A stretch of DNA of 64,000 nucleotides from a virus. Each line of letters begins with the position of its first letter. Position 1 is the first letter of the stretch. The stretch is taken from the IMG/VR virus record IMGVR_UViG_3300045988_128165, one strand, 5' to 3'. The notes under the pieces were generated by a model, which saw nothing but the letters and a program-made list of their open reading frames with translations, did not search any database and was not told the origin of the DNA. Positions 43,181 to 52,064 of this stretch are shown here, one piece after another. Position numbers and translations under genes: made by a program.

Positions 43181-43465
43181 ATGGCAATTTATCCTCTTAC
43201 AATACGTCCGAGATGCGACACAGAAAATGAATGGATTAAATATAATCCTATATTAAAATACAGAGAGTTTGTAGTTTCTGTTGATAAAAATGGGGCAAGA
43301 TATAAAATTGGAGATGGAATATCTAAGTATGATAAACTGCAATTTGTATCACTGGAAATGGCCATAACAAATGGAATTATATACTGCACTGGTGGCCAAT
43401 ATAGCCATGTAAAGATTGAACTAATAGATCCAAGAAAAATTGAGGAGGCAAACAATGATCTCTAA
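43181..43465 (+). CDS. hypothetical protein
   Basis: ORF track. Confidence 0.5.
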   Translation: MAIYPLTIRPRCDTENEWIKYNPILKYREFVVSVDKNGARYKIGDGISKYDKLQFVSLEMAITNGIIYCTGGQYSHVKIELIDPRKIEEANNDL

Positions 43466-43790
43466 GGAAGCTTTTATTAATACTATGAAGCATCTTGAAA
43501 ATCTGGATACGAAAATGGCAAGAGTTGATAGTGCTCTAAAAGATCTTTGCGAAGACTTTTGTGGATTTTATATTACAGATATTTTTGATATTGTTATTAA
43601 TTTGCTCGAAGAAGTGTTCCATGACCAAGAAGAATGGATTGGTTACTTTGTATTTGAAGAGGATTGGTTGCATGGATTTAAAATTGGAGATGTCATTGTT
43701 AACGATGTACCGGTTATTATTGATGATTGGGGAGACGTTTATGATTTCTTGATTGTTAATATGGAGAAAGAAAATGAAAAAACAACTTAA
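43455..43790 (+). CDS. hypothetical acidic protein
   Basis: ORF track 43440 trimmed to the ATG behind GAGGAGG. Confidence 0.5.
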   Translation: MISKEAFINTMKHLENLDTKMARVDSALKDLCEDFCGFYITDIFDIVINLLEEVFHDQEEWIGYFVFEEDWLHGFKIGDVIVNDVPVIIDDWGDVYDFLIVNMEKENEKTT

Positions 43791-44073
43791 AACAATTATT
43801 TGCCTTGTTGCTTTGACGATCTCTTTTCTATGTCTAGCAGGATGTGCCTCAACCGGGTCTAAGGATTATATAAAGGATACTAATGGTCGCTTGAGACCAA
43901 CAGCTATGCAAGACCTATATTATGATACGAATACCAAAATCGTGTATATACTTTTTAATGAATGCACTGGATATTCTAGACGCGGCTATATGTCTCCTTA
44001 TTATGCGCCGAATGGAATGCCTTATACTTATGATGCGTCAACTAATACTTTGAAAGAAATTGAAAGGAATTAA
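43774..44073 (+). CDS. lipoprotein
   Basis: signal peptide with lipobox LAGC; ORF track 43753 trimmed. Confidence 0.6.
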   Translation: MKKQLKTIICLVALTISFLCLAGCASTGSKDYIKDTNGRLRPTAMQDLYYDTNTKIVYILFNECTGYSRRGYMSPYYAPNGMPYTYDASTNTLKEIERN

Positions 44074-44076
44074 CTT

Positions 44077-44916
44077 ATGGACAAGACTACACTTGGTGAT
44101 AGAATGAAAAACAACTACGAGAATATTAGCAGATATTATCTAACTCGTAGAATGCCAATAATTACCCGCATTGACGGGAAGAGCTTCCACACTTTTACAA
44201 AGGGTTTTAAAAAGCCCTTTGATGACATCCTTATAAAGACTATGCAGGAAACTATGAAGTATCTCTGTGAGAACATTCAGGGCTGTGTCCTTGGCTATAC
44301 TCAGAGTGATGAGATTTCTCTAGTCCTTGTTGACTATGCAGAGCTTACTACAGATGCTTGGTTTGGAAACAATCTACAGAAGATGTGTAGCGTTTCTGCA
44401 AGCATGGCTACTCTCGCGTTTAATAAAGCTTTTACTCGTAATATTTCAAAACAATCTAAACGACTTTATACAGAACACCTTGAGGAAAAAGATGCTTCTT
44501 ATATTGAAACTCTTGAAATTGCAATGAACAAAGGTGCAATGTTTGATTCTCGAGTCTTTACAATTCCAAAGGAAGAGGTTTGCAATTATATGCTATGGCG
44601 GCAACAAGACGCTACTCGCAATTCCATCCTGTCTGTAGGTCAGGCCAACTTTAGTCATAAGGATCTTCATGGCAAGTCTTGCAACAACATTCAGGACATG
44701 CTTATGACCCAGAAGGGCATTAATTGGAACGATTATGCTACAACTTTAAAGCGTGGTAGTTGCTGCATTAAGGTTGATGATGGTCTTGCCCAGTACGATG
44801 AAGCAGGAAATATTTGTGGTTATACACAGAGAAGCCAGTGGATAATTGATAATGAAATTCCTATCTTCTCACAGGATAGAAATTATATTGAACGACTTAT
44901 TAATGTAGGAGGTTAA
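44077..44916 (+). CDS. Thg1-like protein (tRNA-His guanylyltransferase family, 3'-5' polymerase)
   Basis: LGDRMKNNYE...RIDGKSFHTFTKGF.KPFD...YTQSDEISLVL. Confidence 0.7.
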   Translation: MDKTTLGDRMKNNYENISRYYLTRRMPIITRIDGKSFHTFTKGFKKPFDDILIKTMQETMKYLCENIQGCVLGYTQSDEISLVLVDYAELTTDAWFGNNLQKMCSVSASMATLAFNKAFTRNISKQSKRLYTEHLEEKDASYIETLEIAMNKGAMFDSRVFTIPKEEVCNYMLWRQQDATRNSILSVGQANFSHKDLHGKSCNNIQDMLMTQKGINWNDYATTLKRGSCCIKVDDGLAQYDEAGNICGYTQRSQWIIDNEIPIFSQDRNYIERLINVGG

Positions 44917-44920
44917 AAAA

Positions 44921-45061
44921 ATGATTAACGATCTAATTAATAGACTACAGAAGTGTCCTGAATATTCGTGCTCTAGATGCACTTATTATGGAACTCCTGC
45001 TTGTGCAATCAAGGAAGCAATTGTTGAACTACGCCATTATGAGCAGGTTATTTCTAAGTAA
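44921..45061 (+). CDS. 46-aa Cys-rich ORF
   Basis: ATG behind AGGAGG. Confidence 0.4.
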   Translation: MINDLINRLQKCPEYSCSRCTYYGTPACAIKEAIVELRHYEQVISK

Positions 45062-45074
45062 CGAGGTATAAATT

Positions 45075-45281
45075 ATGAAAATTTTAGTAGATGAGATGCC
45101 ATCGCACCAAATGGATTGCCCCCATGCAGAACTGAGTGGGAATATAGAATATAAATGGTGGCATTGTAATTATGGAGGTTGTGGATGTCAAAACACAAAT
45201 AGCTGTCCATTCTTTATTAGCTTTGAAGACTATAAAAATCGAACATATGAACGTAATCGTTTTACACCAATCATGGACTAG
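45075..45281 (+). CDS. Cys-rich protein
   Basis: ORF track. Confidence 0.5.
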   Translation: MKILVDEMPSHQMDCPHAELSGNIEYKWWHCNYGGCGCQNTNSCPFFISFEDYKNRTYERNRFTPIMD

Positions 45282-45365
45282 GAGTATGAAAGCATATTAT
45301 TGCTTCTGTATTGACCATTGTTGTATTCTGCCGTAGAAATAAAACAAAATTTTAGGAGGAATATT

Positions 45366-45596
45366 ATGATCCAATGTTGTGAATATGCTTGTCCATATAG
45401 AAATTCGTCTTCTGGATATTGTAGTCTAACTGCTTGTTATGAGCAGCCAATTGTGCGAAAGTATGAAAACATGTTAATTTTTCCTCATACTATAGGCAAT
45501 ATTACATATTACAATAAAGAAGAATTAATTAAATGGGTTGAAGACCAGCAGAAATTTAATAAAGATACCAATTATGGAGTAGGAAATTGGTGTTAA
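45366..45596 (+). CDS. Cys-rich protein
   Basis: ORF track 45318 trimmed to the ATG behind AGGAGG. Confidence 0.5.
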   Translation: MIQCCEYACPYRNSSSGYCSLTACYEQPIVRKYENMLIFPHTIGNITYYNKEELIKWVEDQQKFNKDTNYGVGNWC

Positions 45597-45630
45597 GTAA
45601 CAAATAAAAATATATTTTTAAGGTGAATGT

Positions 45631-45954
45631 ATGGGATTGTTAAAAAAAGAATTTAGAAAGAATGTGGTGACTCTTCAAAAGTTTAAACCTGTTTTTACTA
45701 CTGTAGACGGTCATAAGCATACTGGTTGTGAATATAATTATGGAATTGTAGAAAAATTGCGGTGTAGTGTTCCAGAATATATGATGATTGATATTAAAAG
45801 GGATGGTTACTTAGAAGATAATTATGGGGTAATGTACCCGCTGGCAAATATTGTGTCGATTGATTGGCAACTGGTAGACGAAAAAAAAGTAGAGGATAAA
45901 TTTGGAGCATATCAAATTTTTGTAACAACAAAAGATGTAGAATCAATATGCTAA
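45631..45954 (+). CDS. hypothetical protein
   Basis: ORF track. Confidence 0.55.
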   Translation: MGLLKKEFRKNVVTLQKFKPVFTTVDGHKHTGCEYNYGIVEKLRCSVPEYMMIDIKRDGYLEDNYGVMYPLANIVSIDWQLVDEKKVEDKFGAYQIFVTTKDVESIC

Positions 45955-45972
45955 ATATATGTGGGTGAGTAT

Positions 45973-46194
45973 ATGAAAAATATAACTTTTGAAGAAATGT
46001 TAAATATGGAAGTGCAAGACTTGTTACATGGTTATCCGTCAGGCGGTTATACATATTATTATAAAGATGGTGATGGCGGATATCATGAAATTGTTGAATT
46101 GGATCTGTTGCGTGGTAGATTTGTGACAGATGACGGTGATTTCTCAGAGTTTGAATGGGAACTTAAAGAGAGTCATATTTACATAGATGAATGA
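45973..46194 (+). CDS. hypothetical protein
   Basis: ORF track 45961 trimmed to ATG. Confidence 0.5.
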   Translation: MKNITFEEMLNMEVQDLLHGYPSGGYTYYYKDGDGGYHEIVELDLLRGRFVTDDGDFSEFEWELKESHIYIDE

Positions 46195-46229
46195 TAAAAA
46201 TTACATTTTAATATAAGGAGTGAAGGTAT

Positions 46230-46532
46230 ATGAATAAGAGTGCATGGTGGGCATGGGCAATCGGAAATAGTGTATGTGTAATTTGCTGGACTACTCTTGC
46301 GATTGTTTTCAACAAGTGGTGGATATGTCTTTTCTCCATGCTATTTCTTTGTTTCCTTCAAACTGAAACTGTAAAAAAACATTATAGAATTTGCGATAAA
46401 TGCGGCAAGCATAGTGAATATGCAGATAGCTACAATGAAGCATTAGACAAGGCGAAGAAAGCAGGATGGATTCATTATGCAGATGGCAATAAAGATTATT
46501 GCCCAGAGTGTAAGGATAAATTAGACGAATAA
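46230..46532 (+). CDS. membrane protein with C-terminal zinc ribbon
   Basis: two hydrophobic segments; CDKCG...CPEC. Confidence 0.55.
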   Translation: MNKSAWWAWAIGNSVCVICWTTLAIVFNKWWICLFSMLFLCFLQTETVKKHYRICDKCGKHSEYADSYNEALDKAKKAGWIHYADGNKDYCPECKDKLDE

Positions 46533-46542
46533 GGAGTAACTT

Positions 46543-46731
46543 ATGGATCTTAAAAATTATTTTGTGCAAGCAGTTGAAGAGTACAATATGACCAAGCCTT
46601 TAGAAATTCTTAATTGGTATCGTAATCTTTATTATAAAGAAGAAGCGCATACCGAGCACAGAATCATGGCAGAGGCCATCAATAATTTGTTTATGGAATA
46701 TAAGGACGTATTTTGCGACGACAAGGAGTAA
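46543..46731 (+). CDS. hypothetical protein
   Basis: ORF track. Confidence 0.5.
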   Translation: MDLKNYFVQAVEEYNMTKPLEILNWYRNLYYKEEAHTEHRIMAEAINNLFMEYKDVFCDDKE

Positions 46732-46735
46732 AGTT

Positions 46736-46903
46736 ATGACAGACAATAAAGAATTTGCAACATGTAGCTGTTGTGAAAAAACTGTTAAAAAAGGTGATAT
46801 GTATTTTGAGGCATGATTTTTTGACAGATATGAAATTGTAGATAGCGAATATGTATATAAAGGATACGCGGTTTGTGAAGATTGCCATAATAACGGCAAG
46901 TAA
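46736..46903 (+). CDS. 55-codon zinc-ribbon ORF with in-frame TGA at 46814-46816
   Basis: ATG behind AAGGAG; CSCC before the stop and CEDC after it. Confidence 0.4.
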
Positions 46904-46931
46904 AAAATAGAATTTATGGAGAAAAAATTGT

Positions 46932-47276
46932 ATGGATTATGAATTTCATGTAGGAGATTATGTTGAAACAAAGGATGGCACCATTGGTTATATCAGCTCT
47001 GTACGTGCCACTGGTGATGTATTGTGGATGTGTACTAGCGATGGCCATGGTTATCATGCAGGTCAAGAATATGGAATTATGCATAATGTTGATTTTCATT
47101 ATTTCTATAACCGTATTGGCCAGTATACTTTTACATACCAATATAAAAAGCTTAAAAAGTTGACAAGTTATAGTTGGAATATGGGCGTATCTGGCGACGA
47201 TCTTATTTCAAAAATCAACGAGCTTGTAGATGCTGTAAATGAATTGAGGGAGAAAAATGGCAAGCAAGAAAAATAA
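46932..47276 (+). CDS. hypothetical protein
   Basis: ORF track. Confidence 0.55.
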   Translation: MDYEFHVGDYVETKDGTIGYISSVRATGDVLWMCTSDGHGYHAGQEYGIMHNVDFHYFYNRIGQYTFTYQYKKLKKLTSYSWNMGVSGDDLISKINELVDAVNELREKNGKQEK

Positions 47277-47397
47277 GTTTAATAGATATGCACTTATATA
47301 CTGTCTAATACGCTCCAAGCATCCAAATTGGAGCCATGGACAGATTAAATATTGTACTATATATGCTTGGAGAAGGACACAACATGACAAGAAGTGA
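47257..47397 (+). CDS. 46-aa basic ORF
   Basis: ATG behind GAGGGAG. Confidence 0.35.
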   Translation: MASKKNKFNRYALIYCLIRSKHPNWSHGQIKYCTIYAWRRTQHDKK

Positions 47398-47479
47398 ATA
47401 TGATCAGCTTCATAAACTGTCGCACAAATTGCATACAGAGGCTCCTTGTCATAATAGATCTTGTAAATACTGTAAATAA
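47384..47479 (+). CDS. 31-aa ORF
   Basis: ATG behind GGAGAAGG. Confidence 0.3.
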   Translation: MTRSEYDQLHKLSHKLHTEAPCHNRSCKYCK

Positions 47480-47494
47480 ATGGAGGAATAAATA

Positions 47495-47686
47495 ATGGGT
47501 ATTTATTATTTCGCAAGACCTAATCAGATGGTTGGGCATAGGTTTACTGATGATGTCGCCGTTGTATATGCAATAAGCAAGGGATCTGCAATCAAGAAGT
47601 TCTCTGTATTATATAAAGATGTGCAGGATAATGAAGTTAAGAAGATTAGTTTCTGGAATAGAGCCATAGTTTTAACAGACTACTAA
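47495..47686 (+). CDS. hypothetical protein
   Basis: ORF track; GGAGG RBS. Confidence 0.55.
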   Translation: MGIYYFARPNQMVGHRFTDDVAVVYAISKGSAIKKFSVLYKDVQDNEVKKISFWNRAIVLTDY

Positions 47687-47718
47687 AATAAACAAAAAAA
47701 TAAGCTAGGAGATAAAAT

Positions 47719-47955
47719 ATGGAATCAGTATGCAGAAATTGTGATTTAGAATTAAAGCGCTCAGAATGTACTGACAAAGAACATACTGAATGTGAATGTC
47801 GCAAATGGATGATTAAAGAAATTAATCAAACTACTTTATTAGGTTTGATGTATCTTTTAGATGAAGTTCTTGAAACAGTTTCTAAGAACAAAAATGATTT
47901 ACGAAACAATAAAGCTAGAATGATCGAATTTCTGAGTAGAGGGATGATTGAGTGA
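47719..47955 (+). CDS. hypothetical protein
   Basis: ORF track; AGGAG RBS. Confidence 0.55.
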   Translation: MESVCRNCDLELKRSECTDKEHTECECRKWMIKEINQTTLLGLMYLLDEVLETVSKNKNDLRNNKARMIEFLSRGMIE

Positions 47956-49883
47956 ATAAAATTGAAACTATTAAAAATTTAACGGCAAAACTTTTGCAGT
48001 ATTGCGATGAATATTATAATTTAGACCGTCCGACTATCTCTGACACAGAATATGATAAGAAGTTTGACGAACTTAAATCACTTGAGGATCAAACAGGATT
48101 TTGGCTTGCCAATTCTCCTACTCGTAAGGTGCAGGGGCAAGTGCTTGATTGTTTTACGAAAGTTAAGCATAGTAAACCAATGCTTTCTGCAGCAAAGACT
48201 AAAGATGCTAATGAAATTAAAAGATTTATTGGCAATCAGCCATTTTATTGTAGCTACAAGTTAGATGGGCTTACACTTGTGGTTCGCTACGAAAATGGAG
48301 AATTTGTTCAGGCTGTGACTCGTGGCAATGGTGAAATTGGTGAAGATGTAACCGCTCAGGCAAGGATGATTACCAATCTTCCAATGCATATTGATTACAA
48401 CGATAAACTTGAACTTCGCGGTGAATGTGTGATTTCTTGGAAGAATTTTCACAAGATTAATGAGTCTCTTGATGAGCCTTATAGTCATCCTCGCAACTTA
48501 GCCGCGGGGAGTCTCCGTCAGCTTGATACAAATATTACAAAGCAGCGTAATCTTTCTTATGTGGTTTTTGAGTGTGTATCAAATCTATATGATAACAATG
48601 CACTATTTGATTCTAAATTGGACGAACTCGGATATCTAGATTGCCTTGGATTTGAAACTGTTGGTCGATGTACTGGGAATATTGATGACTGTATCGAAGG
48701 TATGCAACCAGAGTGGTATCAATATCCTTGTGATGGCTTAATCTTTGAAATGTGTATGAAATCATATTCCAAGACACTACCAGTTACCGCACATCATGAG
48801 GGATGTCGTATGGCTCTTAAGTGGGCTGATGAAATGTATGAGACAATTCTTCGAGATGTAGAGTGGAATCCAACAAGAAGCGGATTAATCGCACCTGTCG
48901 CAATCTTTGATGAAATAGATTTAGATGGGGCATTAACTACAAGAGCAACACTCCATAATCTTTCTATCATTGAGCAGCTTGAGCTTGGAATTGGTGATGT
49001 TATTACGGTATACCGAAGCAATATGGTGGTTCCTAAAGTTTATGACAATCTAACTCGTAGCAATACACTAACAATTCCAACTACGTGTCCTTGTTGCGGA
49101 GATCCTACTGAAATTAAATATACGGATAATAGTAAAGTTCTCATGTGTACTAATCTAAATTGTGCAGCAAAGAAGTTGGCACAGTTTACGCATTTTGTAA
49201 GTCGTAAATGTATGAACATCGACGGATTGTCGGAAAAGACGCTTGAGCTTCTAATTTCACATGGTTTTTTGCATAACTATAAAGACATTTATCACTTGAA
49301 AAAATATAGAGATAGACTTATACTCCTAGATGGCTTAGGTGTAAAATCTGTGGATAAATTGCTAGATTCTATTGAAAAATCAAGAGATGTAACGCTCGAC
49401 AGATTTATCACTGCTCTTGGCATTCCTAATGTGGGCTCGTCTGCAGCAAAAGCGATTAGTAAGCAATTTGACGGAGATCATTATAAATTCGTGATGGCAT
49501 TGTCTAATGGTTATGATTTTACACAGATTTCAGACTTTGGAGAGATTACAAATAAGTCTTTACATGATTGGTGGGATAGCAAAGACGAAATGGTAGAGTT
49601 GCTTCCTATGGAGATGAATTTTATTGTCGAAGAAGAAACAACAGTATCTGATAATCCTTTTGTCGGCAAAACGCTTGTTGTAACTGGGAAGCTTAATCAC
49701 TTCACAAGAGATTTTATTAATGAGAAAATTGCTTCACTTGGCGCAAAAGCGGCGGGATCTGTTTCCAAGAAAACTGATTTCTTGATTACGAATGAAGCAT
49801 CAGGAAGCTCTAAGTACAAGAAGGCTGTTGAGCTTGGGGTTCCTGTTATTAGTGAAGAAGAATTTTTAAATATGATAGGCTAA
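47952..49883 (+). CDS. ligA: NAD-dependent DNA ligase
   Basis: YKLDGL adenylation lysine, TRGNGEIGEDVT, Cys4 zinc finger, C-terminal BRCT-like region. Confidence 0.9.
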   Translation: MNKIETIKNLTAKLLQYCDEYYNLDRPTISDTEYDKKFDELKSLEDQTGFWLANSPTRKVQGQVLDCFTKVKHSKPMLSAAKTKDANEIKRFIGNQPFYCSYKLDGLTLVVRYENGEFVQAVTRGNGEIGEDVTAQARMITNLPMHIDYNDKLELRGECVISWKNFHKINESLDEPYSHPRNLAAGSLRQLDTNITKQRNLSYVVFECVSNLYDNNALFDSKLDELGYLDCLGFETVGRCTGNIDDCIEGMQPEWYQYPCDGLIFEMCMKSYSKTLPVTAHHEGCRMALKWADEMYETILRDVEWNPTRSGLIAPVAIFDEIDLDGALTTRATLHNLSIIEQLELGIGDVITVYRSNMVVPKVYDNLTRSNTLTIPTTCPCCGDPTEIKYTDNSKVLMCTNLNCAAKKLAQFTHFVSRKCMNIDGLSEKTLELLISHGFLHNYKDIYHLKKYRDRLILLDGLGVKSVDKLLDSIEKSRDVTLDRFITALGIPNVGSSAAKAISKQFDGDHYKFVMALSNGYDFTQISDFGEITNKSLHDWWDSKDEMVELLPMEMNFIVEEETTVSDNPFVGKTLVVTGKLNHFTRDFINEKIASLGAKAAGSVSKKTDFLITNEASGSSKYKKAVELGVPVISEEEFLNMIG

Positions 49884-49891
49884 TTGATTAT

Positions 49892-49920
49892 GGGGAGAGA
49901 ATTTTTTCTCCCCATTTTTT
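49892..49920 (+). terminator. intrinsic terminator
   Basis: GGGGAGAGA/TTTCTCCCC stem followed by a T6 run. Confidence 0.8.
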
Positions 49921-49931
49921 AATTCTCCCTC

Positions 49932-49960
49932 TTGACAATACGAAATTATCGTGCTATTAT
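49932..49960 (+). promoter_or_regulatory. sigma-A-type promoter with motif in the spacer
   Basis: TTGACA, ATACGAAATTATCGTGC, TATTAT. Confidence 0.7.
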
Positions 49961-50003
49961 AACAATGCAAACAGTACAAGATTATAGTTTTGGGGTGATG
50001 TGT

Positions 50004-50171
50004 ATGATTGAAGCGGATAACTGTTGTGTCGCATGTGGTGAAATTATTCCTGAAGGAAGACAGGTTTGCCCATTGTGCGAGAGGAAATATGAACTTAAAG
50101 ATAATACGACTGATAATATTCAGAAAAAACAAAACACATTTGTAAATTACATTAAAAAATATTTTATTTAA
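50004..50171 (+). CDS. 55-aa zinc-ribbon protein
   Basis: ORF track 49932 trimmed past the promoter to ATG 50004. Confidence 0.5.
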   Translation: MIEADNCCVACGEIIPEGRQVCPLCERKYELKDNTTDNIQKKQNTFVNYIKKYFI

Positions 50172-50187
50172 GAAAGGATTTTACATT

Positions 50188-50430
50188 ATGGAGAAGAACA
50201 ACATGAACAATCAGAACGCGACGCTAATGGTTACTAGTCTAGAGGATAATGGCGACTATATCCTCTCGTATATTCCGCTGTCTATTGACATGGATCTGCT
50301 TCAGCATATTCTAGCTGAGGGCAAGAGCACTAATAGCGAAGTCGTGCAGTACGTGCTAGATTGTGACGAAAAGACTTATTGGAAGGATATGTGGGAGAGT
50401 TTCAAGGAGGAGCCAGAGAATGACGCATAA
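50188..50430 (+). CDS. hypothetical acidic protein
   Basis: ORF track. Confidence 0.55.
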   Translation: MEKNNMNNQNATLMVTSLEDNGDYILSYIPLSIDMDLLQHILAEGKSTNSEVVQYVLDCDEKTYWKDMWESFKEEPENDA

Positions 50431-50665
50431 GCTTTATTTTTATAATAGTTATCACGAGGCACGAGAGCTTGCTACATTTGAGGATGGCCTAACTGACGAA
50501 GAAGTGCGTAAGGCTGCGTATAAAGAAATTACAAAGTTTTGCAATGAACGTTACTTCGCAATTTATTATACGAGAATGTGGAATGCCGCAGGAGATACTA
50601 TTATTGACGTAGGAAGCCATACCGAATTCTTTCACATTTCTCCTGCAGTGAGTATTGCCGAGTAA
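50420..50665 (+). CDS. hypothetical protein
   Basis: ORF track 50363 trimmed to the ATG behind AAGGAGG. Confidence 0.5.
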   Translation: MTHKLYFYNSYHEARELATFEDGLTDEEVRKAAYKEITKFCNERYFAIYYTRMWNAAGDTIIDVGSHTEFFHISPAVSIAE

Positions 50666-50668
50666 TAT

Positions 50669-50683
50669 ACAATACAAAATTAT
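50669..50683 (+). repeat. motif copy ACAATACAAAATTAT
   Basis: 16 nt upstream of ATG 50700. Confidence 0.8.
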
Positions 50684-50699
50684 ATAGGAGGTTGGTTGA

Positions 50700-50885
50700 A
50701 TGAGTAAAAAGTGTACGTGCGCTTATTGTAAGTGCAAGCTGAATAAAGAAGATGCGTTCGTAAAGCATGCTGGTAAACATAATACATATTATTGCTCGGA
50801 AGAGCACTATAAATATGCAGTAGATCGCAAGAAGAAAAGAGAGGAATTTAAGAAAAGACAGGCTATGAAAAGTGGTGAGGTTTAA
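50700..50885 (+). CDS. small Cys-rich basic protein
   Basis: ORF track. Confidence 0.55.
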   Translation: MSKKCTCAYCKCKLNKEDAFVKHAGKHNTYYCSEEHYKYAVDRKKKREEFKKRQAMKSGEV

Positions 50886-52028
50886 TTGGAGCTAACAGAT
50901 GGACAGAAGAAAGGACTAGAGGTAGCTTGCCAGCGGTATAAAGAACATAAGCCATATACTGTTATTGCAGGGTATGCTGGCTCTGGAAAAAGTTTCTTAG
51001 TACAATATATTATTAAAGAACTAAAGTTAAAAGATAATGAAGTCATCTTTGTTGCGTTTACAGGAAAAGCGTCGTTGGTTCTCAAAGAAAAGGGCAATAA
51101 AAATACAATGACGGCTCACAAGCTGTTATATCACTCAGAAGAGCAAGAAGATGGCACATATATTCATACTCCGAAGACCAAACTTGACCATAAATACAAG
51201 CTTATTGTCGTTGACGAGGCGAGTATGTTGCCGCAGGAAATGATTGATTTGTTGCTGTCTCATCATGTATACACCATTTTCCTTGGTGATCCAGCGCAGC
51301 TTCCACCAATCTCTGGAGAGCAAACTATTTTGAGCAATCCACACGTTTTTCTTGATGAAATTGTGCGACAGGCTATTGATAATCCGATTATTAAACTTTC
51401 TATGGATATTCGGCATGGAATGAAGCTGCATTATACTGCAGAGGATAAACGATGCCGTGTTCTTCCTAGAAGTAAAGTGTCAGATAAAATGCTGCTTGGT
51501 GCAGATCAGATTCTTTGTGGGAAAAATAAAACTCGGAATGAGCTTAACTACTACATGAGAAAACTAATTCTCGGAGACAACTATAGCGACGAGCCAGTAG
51601 AAGGAGATAAAGTAATTTGCCTTAAAAATAGCTGGAATAAAATTAATAACGTCGGTAACGAGCTTGTTAATGGTACTATCGGTACGTTGCAAAATATTCG
51701 CATTATGGAATCAAACTTTTATTGGAAAGTGATTTATGCTACATTCGCTTCTAATGATGGTGGAATCTACAAAGACCTTATGATTGACTATCAGTTGCTT
51801 ACTACTGGCAAGCCGACTGTGAATGCTGATAATTGGAAGCAATTCGCGGGGATTGAGAAGCCACTACAGTTTGCTTTCGGCTATGTGTGCACCGTACATA
51901 AATACCAAGGCTCAGAGGCTGACAGAGTTGTAGTTTTTGACGAGGCGTTTGGCAACGCGGACGAACAAAGAAAATGGCGATACACAGCTTGCACAAGAGC
52001 GGCGAAACAATTGGTATTAGTGGAATAA
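50886..52028 (+). CDS. RecD-like SF1 DNA helicase
   Basis: GYAGSGKS, VDEASML, TVHKYQGSE. Confidence 0.75.
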   Translation: MELTDGQKKGLEVACQRYKEHKPYTVIAGYAGSGKSFLVQYIIKELKLKDNEVIFVAFTGKASLVLKEKGNKNTMTAHKLLYHSEEQEDGTYIHTPKTKLDHKYKLIVVDEASMLPQEMIDLLLSHHVYTIFLGDPAQLPPISGEQTILSNPHVFLDEIVRQAIDNPIIKLSMDIRHGMKLHYTAEDKRCRVLPRSKVSDKMLLGADQILCGKNKTRNELNYYMRKLILGDNYSDEPVEGDKVICLKNSWNKINNVGNELVNGTIGTLQNIRIMESNFYWKVIYATFASNDGGIYKDLMIDYQLLTTGKPTVNADNWKQFAGIEKPLQFAFGYVCTVHKYQGSEADRVVVFDEAFGNADEQRKWRYTACTRAAKQLVLVE

Positions 52029-52042
52029 CAATACAAAATTAT
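52028..52042 (+). repeat. motif copy ACAATACAAAATTAT
   Basis: overlaps the last base of the helicase stop codon; 22 nt upstream of the dnaE ATG. Confidence 0.8.
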
Positions 52043-52064
52043 TTAAAGAAGGAGGCGTTTGTAT

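Noticed and set aside
3432-46816. Genome-wide stop-codon reassignment (TAG or TGA)
   Set aside because: Both codons terminate many well-packed genes in this window, and no clear suppressor tRNA was found. Only two isolated in-frame stops exist.
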